Positions 19,493 to 28,025 of a DNA stretch of 40,662 bases are shown in pieces. The stretch's first letter is position 1; every line of letters starts with the position of its first letter. The translations under genes were made by a program, and so were the position numbers. The notes under the pieces were generated by a model. The model saw nothing but the letters and a program-made list of their open reading frames with translations, made no database searches and had not been told where the DNA came from. Origin of the DNA: Opitutia bacterium (lineage in GTDB: Bacteria; Verrucomicrobiota; Verrucomicrobiia; Opitutales; T3Sed10-336); contig JBJHCF010000045.1 in NCBI GenBank assembly GCA_050506795.1, positions 1 through 40,662 on the forward strand, written 5' to 3'.

Positions 19493-20235
19493 CGGTCGGC
19501 TTGCTGCTGAAACCCGTTGGTCGCTCGAATTACTTGCGGGATCATACGCGGGTCGAATTCCCCGAAGTCGGGAGTGTTATTGAGGGTCTGTACCGTCAAT
19601 CGATGCACCACCGCGAATTCACGATTCAGCTCGTTGCGCACGTTGATCAGCCTTTCGCGGGCGTCGGAACCTTCTTCAGTGTCGCGCAAGGCATTATTGA
19701 CCCGTTGAATCTGCCCGACCACTTCGCGAAAATGGTCTTCCAGCTCCTTCAGTTCCGAGGAATCCTCCGCCGCGGAATTCCAGCGTTCGAGAAATGCGTT
19801 CACTTCGGCCCGGGGATTTGGAGAAGGGTCGCCGCCACCCGCGCCGGAAGAGGGGGCCGGCTCGGCCGTCGCCTGGATGCGGGCGGAGCTGAGCGAAAGA
19901 GTTCGACGTGCGTCCCCGTGACGCAGGGTCAGGAGATTCTTCTCCGCGTCGAAACTGATGATCTGCAGTCCGTCGCGGTTCTGACCCGGCTCGATCCAAA
20001 AGGTGGATTCCTCCGCGGGATCGCGCAGACTGAACATGGAGCCGCCGGGCAGGCGAACGACCGACCGGAGTTCGAGACGCTCCAGGTATTCCGAGACCGG
20101 AGCGATCCGGGCAGGGGAGGGGCCGGTTGAGGCCGGGTTATTCTCCACCGATTCAGCAAGCAGATTTCCTTGGGAGAAACCGCCCGCCAAAATCAAAGCC
20201 GCGAGCATAGGCGCGGCGAACGATTGAATTTTCAT
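19489..20235 (-). CDS. Secreted protein with a GspC/PilP-like beta domain and coiled-coil tail
   Basis: Signal peptide; LELRSVVRLPGGSMFSL...WIEPGQ..DGLQIISFD...LTLRH. Confidence 0.6.
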   Translation of the reverse strand: MKIQSFAAPMLAALILAGGFSQGNLLAESVENNPASTGPSPARIAPVSEYLERLELRSVVRLPGGSMFSLRDPAEESTFWIEPGQNRDGLQIISFDAEKNLLTLRHGDARRTLSLSSARIQATAEPAPSSGAGGGDPSPNPRAEVNAFLERWNSAAEDSSELKELEDHFREVVGQIQRVNNALRDTEEGSDARERLINVRNELNREFAVVHRLTVQTLNNTPDFGEFDPRMIPQVIRATNGFQQQADR

Positions 20236-20447
20236 GACGGATTTTATTACGAGGCGCCGAATTCAAAACCGCAATCCGGTTAACAGATTAAATCAATTAA
20301 AATTGCAGCAAAAAGCAAATCTAATTATCGGGCGAAAGCCGGCGCCCCTCAGTGCCTTCAGTTGCAGGGATATTCCATTCAGATTTATCCGTTTCTATCA
20401 GATCGTAGCATTCCGAACACTTCCAAGGCTCTCCTAATCAAGGCTTC

Positions 20448-20476
20448 TTGACAAAATTGACCTTTTACGGGACGAT
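20448..20476 (+). promoter_or_regulatory. Sigma70-type promoter for the RAPP leader ORF
   Basis: TTGACA-17 nt-GACGAT, ending 9 nt before the GTG at 20486. Confidence 0.45.
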
Positions 20477-20485
20477 CGTTTTGCT

Positions 20486-20854
20486 GTGGGATCCACTAAT
20501 CCAGACCAGTCAATCCTTGTGAGACTTCTCCTTCTGGGGGTGCTTCTGGGTATTGCGGTCTCTTCATTGGAGGCTCTCCACCGCGGTCACCTCTGGCAGG
20601 ACGAGGAAGCGACGACTCAAGCCCATTCTCCGGATAGCCCGGTTCTCTTCTATGAAGAGCAGTGCGGGGTACAGCTTCCCACGGCAAAGGAACAACGTGT
20701 CGAAAAGACCCCGGCCCGTGATGAAGGGGACGAGCAGGTTCAACTGACTCTGCGGAATTCGGCGGTGTCTCGAGCCGCCGCGGGCGGTTTTTTCTCAGCC
20801 CGGCGGTTTTTCCTTACTCCTCCACCCCGGGCTCCTCCTGTTGGGCGGGTTTGA
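20486..20854 (+). CDS. Candidate ribosome-arrest leader peptide (DUF2946-like, C-terminal RAPP)
   Basis: N-terminal hydrophobic segment, His residues, ends FFLTPPPRAPPVGRV. Confidence 0.65.
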   Translation: MGSTNPDQSILVRLLLLGVLLGIAVSSLEALHRGHLWQDEEATTQAHSPDSPVLFYEEQCGVQLPTAKEQRVEKTPARDEGDEQVQLTLRNSAVSRAAAGGFFSARRFFLTPPPRAPPVGRV

Positions 20855-20918
20855 ATTCCTGATCTCATCCGGCCCTCGGGACGGACGATCATCAAACTCA
20901 CCTTGATAGAGGAGCCTT

Positions 20919-21113
20919 ATGAAATTCTTAAAGTGGTTCATTGAAGATGCCGCTTCTGAGGTTCAAGTTCGTGCAGAATACGCACAACTTCCGGACAAAA
21001 AGCTATTTTCGATCAATCCCTCGGACCTTACGCCGATTGGGATGAAGTGCTACCGGGAGGAACTGGAACGCAGAAAGCTGTCGCGCCCTGAAACCAGCAA
21101 AGCCAAAAACTGA
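20919..21113 (+). CDS. Small hypothetical protein (64 aa)
   Basis: GAGGAG RBS at 20909-20914, followed by a strong hairpin after the stop. Confidence 0.65.
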   Translation: MKFLKWFIEDAASEVQVRAEYAQLPDKKLFSINPSDLTPIGMKCYREELERRKLSRPETSKAKN

Positions 21114-21125
21114 AATACCTGAATA

Positions 21126-21162
21126 GCTCTTTGGGATGGGTCCAATCCCCATCCCAAAGAGC
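21126..21162 (+). terminator. 15-bp perfect hairpin after the small ORF
   Basis: gctctttgggatggg-tccaatc-cccatcccaaagagc. Confidence 0.6.
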
Positions 21163-21437
21163 CAACGGGTAAGCTTCAGCATTACCCGGACATCGACGAA
21201 GATCCTGACAGCGGTCAATAGCCTTCATAGCTCCACTGCGACCCCGCAACAAAAACTGAACTTCTGGCAATCGGTTATGTTCGACAATTTTGTGAGTTGG
21301 TGGATCCGTGCCGATTGAAGTGCCGGACCATCATCAGTCAATTTTCGTCGTGCTGCTGGCACTTTTCCGAGGCGGCTTGCGATACATAAGGGAGGCAAGT
21401 ATCGCGAAAGGATGAAAAGATGAGATGAACACTATTT

Positions 21438-22469
21438 GTGGGTCTGGCTGTGGCGCTCATTTGGCCTGGCTTGATGCAGGCGGAGCGGGTAGTGCAGCGC
21501 GAACTGGAGGTGGGACCGACCTGGTCGGTGCATCAGACCGCCAGCCCGAAACTCTACACCCGTGACGGGTATCAGTACGTGCTTTATTACGACGATGAGC
21601 GCTATCTTTGTCTGGCCCGACGGAAGTTGGATTCAGGTGAATGGACGCATCACCGCTTGCCGGTGATGCTGGATGGCCAGGGTGAACGCAGCGCTTACGG
21701 CGGTCCGCGCCTGGGTCCGGATGGGCGATGGCACTGCTTCTGGGTCTGGCGGGAGACGCCCGATGCCGAGACGACCAACATTGTGGCCTACATGCGAAGC
21801 GAGAATCTGCGCGATTGGGAGACGGCCGCCGGCGAGGAGCTCGAATTGCCCATTACCGCCGATAACGAAAAGGTCGCTGTCGACCCGGTGGAGCCGGGCA
21901 ACGGGCTGCTGAATTCGATCAAGGCCCACGGTTGGGATTCGCAGGACCGACCGATCGTGAGCTATCACAAGTACGACGAGCAGGGCAACAGTCAGATCTA
22001 CAACGCCCGATATGAGAACGGCCGCTGGCGGATTGTGCAGGCGACGGATTGGGATTTCCGCTGGGACTTCAGCGGCACGGGCGCGCTGAACGAGCAGATC
22101 GGGACGCAGGGCCCCGAGCCGGCCGGGGCAGGGCAGCTTCACCAGCGGGTTTGGTCTGGCGAGCGTGGCTCGCAGCGGCGGGTACTCGATGAGCGGACGC
22201 TCGAGCCGGTTGAGGATCCGGAGCAGGTCGAGGCGGTGGGGGAGGCCGATGGGTTGGCTGCCTGGCAGCGCGAGCGCAGCGATCCGGAGTCGGAGTTTGC
22301 CGCAAGGCCGATGCAGGTGCATTGGATCTCCGACAAGGGCGAGGCCGCTGAGCCGGGCGTGGAATACTGGCTGCGCTGGGAAGTCGGCCCGCGAAACCGG
22401 GATCAGCCGGTTTCGGAACCGTGGCCCGAGCCAACCATGCTGCGGTTGTATCGGGCAGGGAGTCGATAA
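21438..22469 (+). pseudogene. BNR repeat (BNR_4-like) secreted protein, internally deleted
   Basis: QYVLYYD, LDGQG..AY.GP.LGPDG..H..WVWRETPD, YHKYDEQGNSQIYNARYE. The segment normally lying between HHRLP and LDGQG is missing, and the likely ATG at 21425 is out of frame. Confidence 0.7.
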
Positions 22470-22499
22470 GAAGCTTGATAAGGTTCGGAACGGAATCGA

Positions 22500-22870
22500 G
22501 TCATCCTGGGCGTGGCAGGGGAAATTTGGGTTTGGTCGGGCTCGGTCTTCGTTTGTTTCCGGTCGCCTGGAGCCTGTGCCCTGTCCCAAACCCGGGGAAA
22601 GCCCTTGAGCAAACGAGGCGGGTTCTGAAGGCCGACGGAACGATTATTTTCCTGGAACACGGCCGAGCTCCCGATTCTTCGGTGCGTAAATGGCAGGATC
22701 GGATCACTCTCTGATGGAAGCATGTTGCAGGAGGTGCCACCTGAATCGAGGGATCGACATCCTGATCTGCGGATCCGGCTTCTCCGATTCGCCGAGCTGA
22801 CGAAGGACTATCTTCAAGGGCTACGGCCGTTGACTTACACCTGCCGTCGAATCGGTTATCCGGTGGATGT
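22500..22870 (+). pseudogene. Class I SAM-dependent methyltransferase relic
   Basis: Frameshifted EIGFG.GL motif, WSLCPVPNPGKAL..TRRVLKADG.IIFLEHG, stop at 22712-22714, then WKHVAGG/HLNR in broken frames. Confidence 0.8.
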
Positions 22871-23529
22871 GCCGGTTTGAGCGAAGCAGCGTTCCGTCAT
22901 TATGAGTTGTATCTGCATGGACGGACTAGTGTTGTTTTTGGCGTTGGTGTTTTTGATAGTGCTTGTAGATGACATTGAAGGAGAGAAATTTGGGGAATAG
23001 CCTTAACTGAACGACTCGTGGCCTGCGGAAACGCAAGAAGCGCGCAGCCCCAAACAATGGATGCGTGGCGTGTTTTGTGAGGAAGAATAAACTAAATGAA
23101 TGGCCAATCCCTGAATTGCGTGCGGCAGGCGAAGGAGGTCGCGTGTTGCGGGCAATTAGAAGGAAGGACCTCCTTGGATGTCCATCACTCATTGAGACTA
23201 AAAATCACGGTTCGAAAAAAGGAGGGGAAAATGAAGATCAATGGTCCGACGGAAAAACCGCATATCCTGCTGGATAAACAACCTCGAAGATTCCGGAGCG
23301 TGAAGGCTGTAATTGACCGAGATCCGGGTGTTACGGCGTATCGGAAAGGTGGAAATGTCCGAACTTCCAGGCCGAGAGCGTCGGCCGAAAGGGCGCATGG
23401 TCGGAGTGCGGAAGCCAACAACCTGATCTGGGATTACCTGATTTGGGAGAAAACAGGGGATAACGCGTCGTATGGGCATAAGCGCCCGGCAAAGGAACGT
23501 TAGGGCGCAAGAGTTATTGTCGAGCGATC

Positions 23530-23706
23530 AAGGAGAACATCCTTGCCAGATGTTGCAGATGTGGTGTCCTTGGGGTCAACTCATCGTCCCGGCGCTAGGG
23601 TTTCTGCTCCAGGCTGCTGCGGGTGGCGAATTCCCATTCGGTTTCGGTGGGTGGGAAAGCGTTTTCCGGCCAATCGGCAATAGGCGACGGTATCATTCCA
23701 TGAAAT
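23530..23706 (-). pseudogene. Formylglycine-generating enzyme (FGE/SUMF1) fragment
   Basis: ISWNDTVAYCRLAGKRFPT / (frameshift) ETEWEFATRSSLEQK / DELTP / GHHICNIWQG*. Confidence 0.8.
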
Positions 23707-23723
23707 TTCTTTGACTCGATTCT

Positions 23724-24818
23724 CTACCTGAACCGCAAGCACACGGGAGTCTTGAGTTCGTAACGCTCGCCGGTCGGGAAAATCAGCCCTGTCGAGGGAT
23801 CAATCCGAAAGGCTACGATATTATCCGACTCTTGGTTAGCGGCAAAAAGGAACCGCCCCGAAGGATCCAGGCAGAAGTTTCGTGGCGTCTTCCCTTGGGT
23901 CGATTCATGCCCGCCGACGACCAGGCTGCCATCGTCGTGGATTCGGAAGATAACGATGGTGTTGTGCCACCGATTCGATGCGTACAGAAAACGGCCGTTG
24001 GGATGCACCAAAATTTCAGCCGGCGCGTTTGCGCCCTCGAAATCCGGCGGAAGCGTCGAGATGGTCTGTTCTGCATACAGCTGCCCGTGCTTGGTGTCAA
24101 AGGCGAACACTATGACTGTGGAGTCCAGCTCGTTGACTAGGTAAACCCTCTGTTGGTGTGGATGGAAGGCCAAGTGCCGCGGCCCGGCACCTGGTTTCAC
24201 TTTGGTGGCAGGAGGTTCATTCGGCTCCAGCTCGCCTCGACTTCCCATACGGTAAACTCTGACCTCATCCGTGCCCAAATCGGAGGCAAGTGCAAAGCGA
24301 CTGGAGGGATCGGAAATGATCGCGTGCGCGTGAGGCCCATTCTGGCGCTCCTTATTTGGCCCAGAGCCTTCGTGCTGAAAAAATCCGGCTCGCTCCCCTA
24401 TGCGACCATCTTCTTCGATCGGAAATCCGGCAACACTGCCCCCGTCATAGTTGGCGGCCAGCACCAATCGCCCCGCATAATCGACAGCGACAAAACACGT
24501 GCCGGGTCCTCCGACGGGCTGCTGATGGAGCAAACTCAACTTTCCGGACTCCTCATCTATGGCAAAAGCGGCCACCATTCCGCTCTCTTCCCCTCTAAAA
24601 GAGGTGACCTCGCTGGTAGCATAAAGGTAGCGCCCGTTCGGATGTAGGGCCAGAAACGAGGGATTCATTGCCTCGGCTGCCAAGCCTTTTGGTGTCAGCT
24701 TCCCGTTATCCCGATCCATCTCGAACAGATAAATTCCGTGGCTGCCGTTTTTTGTAAATGTTCCCGCGTAGAGAAACAGCGGATCGCCACTTTTCGGTAC
24801 CGTTTCCGTGACGCTCAT
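23724..24818 (-). CDS. pgl: Lactonase family protein (6-phosphogluconolactonase YbhE-like)
   Basis: YAGTFT, NPSFLA, ANYDGGS, RQNGPHAH, DLGTD, GAGPRHL, YASNR, PRNF. Confidence 0.9.
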   Translation of the reverse strand: MSVTETVPKSGDPLFLYAGTFTKNGSHGIYLFEMDRDNGKLTPKGLAAEAMNPSFLALHPNGRYLYATSEVTSFRGEESGMVAAFAIDEESGKLSLLHQQPVGGPGTCFVAVDYAGRLVLAANYDGGSVAGFPIEEDGRIGERAGFFQHEGSGPNKERQNGPHAHAIISDPSSRFALASDLGTDEVRVYRMGSRGELEPNEPPATKVKPGAGPRHLAFHPHQQRVYLVNELDSTVIVFAFDTKHGQLYAEQTISTLPPDFEGANAPAEILVHPNGRFLYASNRWHNTIVIFRIHDDGSLVVGGHESTQGKTPRNFCLDPSGRFLFAANQESDNIVAFRIDPSTGLIFPTGERYELKTPVCLRFR

Positions 24819-24869
24819 TCCATCACAAAAGCAAACCTGCCGCAGCACGGCAATCCCATATGTTACGTA

Positions 24870-25220
24870 AGCCCGGATGCGCTTGGGGAAAGGGGGGTAC
24901 TCTTTACCAATGCACATGTGCAGGCTCCCATATGTGGTCCGAGCCGGGCGTCTTTCATGACGGGTTTGCAGCCTACCACGACGGGGATTTATCTCCATAT
25001 TGCTGACAAGGATGTGCGTGGCGCGAATGAGGTCACCCGTGAAGTGACGTTTCTGCCGGAGTATTTCGCAAAGCACGGATGCAAGATGATGGGTACCGGA
25101 AAACTCTGGCACCAGGAAGATCGAGCCAATACTTTTCAGGAATATGGAAGACATATTCGTGAAGGGCAGTGGTTTGGTCCCAGGCCGGAGCAGCGGATTA
25201 ATTATTATCCTCCTGATTGC
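24870..25220 (+). pseudogene. Sulfatase fragment
   Basis: RGVLFTNAHVQAPICGPSRASFMTG (CxPxR motif), LPEYFAKHG...GKLWH; lacks the N-terminus and most of the C-terminus. Confidence 0.85.
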
Positions 25221-25381
25221 GCCGAAGCCACCCGGCCGGAGTCCCGGAGCAGCTCGTCCCCGGTTTTGAGGGCCGCGCGATCCTTCGCTTATTCAAGCGA
25301 TTGCACTGCACGGACTGGACTTTCTGGACCCACCGGTCGAGGACGTCCTCAGTCGCAAGATCCTCGAAGAACAAGACCTAC

Positions 25382-26581
25382 TCACGGACGTGCGATCGTG
25401 CCATCACGCAACCGCGTCTGCGTCCATTGGATGACGCTGCAGGGGGCTGGATACCGCTCGGCGGCTGATTCGTCCAGATCGATCCCAAAGCCGGGTTTGT
25501 TGTTGGGGTAGAGATACCCCTCGCGCAGCTCGGGGCAGCCGGGAAAGACCTCGCGGGCAGGCTCACCGAAACCGCACCATTCCTGGATGCCAAAGTTCCA
25601 ACTGGCCAGATCGAGATGCAGGTTGACGGCATGACCGACGGGGCTGGTATCGGCCGGGCCGTGCCAGGCGGTTCGCACCCCGTGCAGTTCGCCAAGGATT
25701 GCGACTTTGCGTGCCGGCGTGAGCCCGCCCATCTGGCTGATGTGCATTCGCATGAAATCGATCAGCCGGCCCGTGATAAGCGGGGTCCATTCCCGTGGAT
25801 GGTTAAACAGCTCCCCGATCGCCATGGGGGTTGTGCAGACCTGGCGGATATTGGCCAGCCAGTCGAGGTCCTCGACGGCAAGGATGTCCTCAAGGAAGAA
25901 GAGTTTGAGCGGCTCGCATTCCTTGGCGAACTCGACGGCCTGGGCCGGGGTCAGGCGCTCGTGGACGTCGTGCAGAAGTTCGAGGTGGGGGAATCGCTCG
26001 CGAACGGCGGTCAGCACGGCGAGCTTTGCGCGTGTGGAGGCACGCGGGTCGAAGTAGGCGCCGTCCGGGGACGCCTGCGGTACGACATTTTTTACGGGCA
26101 CGACGCCGTCGTAGCCGCCATGTTGGACGCGCACGTGGCCCAATCCCTGTTCGACGAAGGCATGCACTTGGTCGATCACCTGCTCGTGGTCGGTGCCGTC
26201 GGCGTGGCGATAGACGGCCGCTCCCTCGCGGCACTTGCCGCCGAGCAGTTCGTACACGGGCAGGCCGGCGCGTTTGCCCTTGATGTCCCAGAGGGCTTGG
26301 TCGATGCCCGAAACGGCGTTGTTGAGCACGGGGCCGTTGCGCCAATAGCCGTTGACCATCATCAGGTGCCAGAGATCTTCGATTCGATCCACGTCGCGTC
26401 CGAGCACCAGCGGCCTGAGGTGGTCCTGCACGGCGGCGGCAACCGCCAGGTGGCGCTGGGTGAAGGTCGCACAACCGAGGCCGTACAGGCCGGGTTCGGA
26501 TGTTTGCACCTTCACGATGACCAGTGGGAGTTGGTTTTGGGGGGCTGTGAGAATAACGCGTATATCTTCAATGCTAACCAT
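25382..26581 (-). CDS. RspA/ManD-like enolase-superfamily sugar-acid dehydratase
   Basis: GLGCATFTQR, YWRNGPVLNNAVSGIDQALWDIKGK, LLHDVHER, FFLED, GELF, TAWHGP. Confidence 0.92.
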   Translation of the reverse strand: MVSIEDIRVILTAPQNQLPLVIVKVQTSEPGLYGLGCATFTQRHLAVAAAVQDHLRPLVLGRDVDRIEDLWHLMMVNGYWRNGPVLNNAVSGIDQALWDIKGKRAGLPVYELLGGKCREGAAVYRHADGTDHEQVIDQVHAFVEQGLGHVRVQHGGYDGVVPVKNVVPQASPDGAYFDPRASTRAKLAVLTAVRERFPHLELLHDVHERLTPAQAVEFAKECEPLKLFFLEDILAVEDLDWLANIRQVCTTPMAIGELFNHPREWTPLITGRLIDFMRMHISQMGGLTPARKVAILGELHGVRTAWHGPADTSPVGHAVNLHLDLASWNFGIQEWCGFGEPAREVFPGCPELREGYLYPNNKPGFGIDLDESAAERYPAPCSVIQWTQTRLRDGTIARP

Positions 26582-26590
26582 GTCTGTTCC

Positions 26591-27451
26591 TTACTGTTTT
26601 TGTTCTCCGTCGATCGGCCGCCACCCGGTTTCCTCCGTAATGCGCGAAATATCGATCAATCGGCGCACCGACCGCTGCGGGTCGCGGCGCGGCACGTTTG
26701 CATAATAGTGGGCGAGCAGTTCCTCGACCGGCTCAATGCTGTTCGGTTCGGCGGCGGCGGGCAGGTAGATCCGCGAGCCCGGCAGGTCGGCGCGGAGGAT
26801 CGCCTCGATCAACCGTGCCGCATCCGATCTGCTCAGCCACGCGAACCCCTGGCCGATCTTCCAGGGGTTTATCGATTCCCGTTGCCGGCGATCGGGCTCG
26901 CGGACCGGCAGAAAGGGAAGCCGCAACGACACCGCTTCCCCGAGCCCCAGGTTCGCGAAGTAGGCGAGCATCTGTTCGCTGAGATACTTGCTCAGGGCGT
27001 AGGAATGGCTGGGACTGGCCGGAACATGAGCGTCGAGGGGAACATACGGCACACAAACGGGGAGGAGGGGTTGATGTTCGCGCTGGGCTTCGCTGCTGAT
27101 GACTTGAATAGTGCTGGCGAAAACGAGCTTGGGAATGCTCGAGTCGTGGGCAGCCTGGAACACGTTCATGTTCATCGCCATGTTTTCAATGAATATCTGC
27201 GTTTCACTGAGAGCCGGGTCCGCCCAGGAATGATTGCCCAGATGCACGATCGCATCAAGGTTCGCCGACTCGATAAAACGCCGCACCGCTTCGGAGTCAA
27301 GCAGGTCAATCGGTTCGAAGGCGTCCGCCAGATTATCCTCAGGCGGGTGCCGATCCGTGGCGAGAACTTCGTGACCGGCCTCGGTCAGAGTACGGATGCT
27401 CACGCGCCCGAGTCGACCGGCGGCTCCTGTTACGAGCACTCGCATTTTCAT
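26591..27451 (-). CDS. NAD-dependent epimerase/dehydratase (extended SDR)
   Basis: VLVTGAAGRLG, VFAST, YALSK; the longer upstream ORF extension overlaps the tRNA and is spurious. Confidence 0.88.
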   Translation of the reverse strand: MKMRVLVTGAAGRLGRVSIRTLTEAGHEVLATDRHPPEDNLADAFEPIDLLDSEAVRRFIESANLDAIVHLGNHSWADPALSETQIFIENMAMNMNVFQAAHDSSIPKLVFASTIQVISSEAQREHQPLLPVCVPYVPLDAHVPASPSHSYALSKYLSEQMLAYFANLGLGEAVSLRLPFLPVREPDRRQRESINPWKIGQGFAWLSRSDAARLIEAILRADLPGSRIYLPAAAEPNSIEPVEELLAHYYANVPRRDPQRSVRRLIDISRITEETGWRPIDGEQKQ

Positions 27452-27714
27452 GCCGCAAAGCTTTTCAAAATGTATGATGTGGTAATCTCGAACAGCGTCA
27501 ACAGGCGGCGTAAATCTGAAGGCAGCCCGGACGCGGCAGCGTTTGACGATTAATTTCAACCAGCCGCCCCATGGCGTCAAAGCGAAACGCCGCCATGTGA
27601 TCGTCTGACGTATTGCTGCGCCATCTCCGCTGCGCTCCGTCAACGCAGGTGAGCGTCCTGGAGGAACGATCAGGGTTGGATTCTTCATGGCCTGCCACAG
27701 GGTGGGCCACTGAA

Positions 27715-27785
27715 TGCCCGCCTTCGCCCTGCGGGCTACGGCGTGGCACTCCATTTTCCAGCGCCGCTGAAGCGGCGGAAAATGG
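27715..27785. repeat. Two GC-rich hairpins 3' of the tRNA (REP-like element plus probable terminator)
   Basis: tgcccgccttcgccctgcgggctacggcgtggca and ccattttcc..gccgct-ga-agcggc-ggaaaatgg. Confidence 0.5.
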
Positions 27786-27786
27786 G

Positions 27787-27874
27787 TGGCGGAGAGGGAG
27801 GGATTCGAACCCCCGGTACCTTGCGGCACACCTGATTTCGAGTCAGGCACATTCGGCCACTCTGTCACCTCTCC
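27787..27874 (-). tRNA. tRNA-Ser (anticodon CGA), 88 nt with encoded CCA
   Basis: GGAGAGG acceptor stem, anticodon arm CCTGA-CTCGAAA-TCAGG, long variable arm, GGTTCGAATCC, 3' GCCA. Confidence 0.97.
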
Positions 27875-28025
27875 TGAAAACATTGACTGTTGGAGAGTTT
27901 TTGCCCGCTGACAAGGGTGAAAATATGCCCGGCGCTCAATCGCGTTTCGATGGCCCCGCCAATCGGCGATTGGGTGTTCGGGCCGGAATTGACTGGTCGG
28001 GATAAAGCCAGGCTTGCCAGGCGTA

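Noticed and set aside
24819..25154. N-terminal extension of the lactonase ORF
   Set aside because: It is antisense to the sulfatase relic and has no lactonase character.
25616..27553. Long antisense ORFs (645 aa here; also 1985-3415, 31234-32625, 37598-38941)
   Set aside because: Shadow ORFs opposite well-supported genes in high-GC DNA.
27540..27600. RFDAMGRLVEI, resembling an RHS/YD repeat
   Set aside because: A single short match with no supporting context.
27452..27883. 144-aa N-terminal extension of the SDR ORF
   Set aside because: It runs through tRNA-Ser and its trailer; the real start is MKMRVLVTG.
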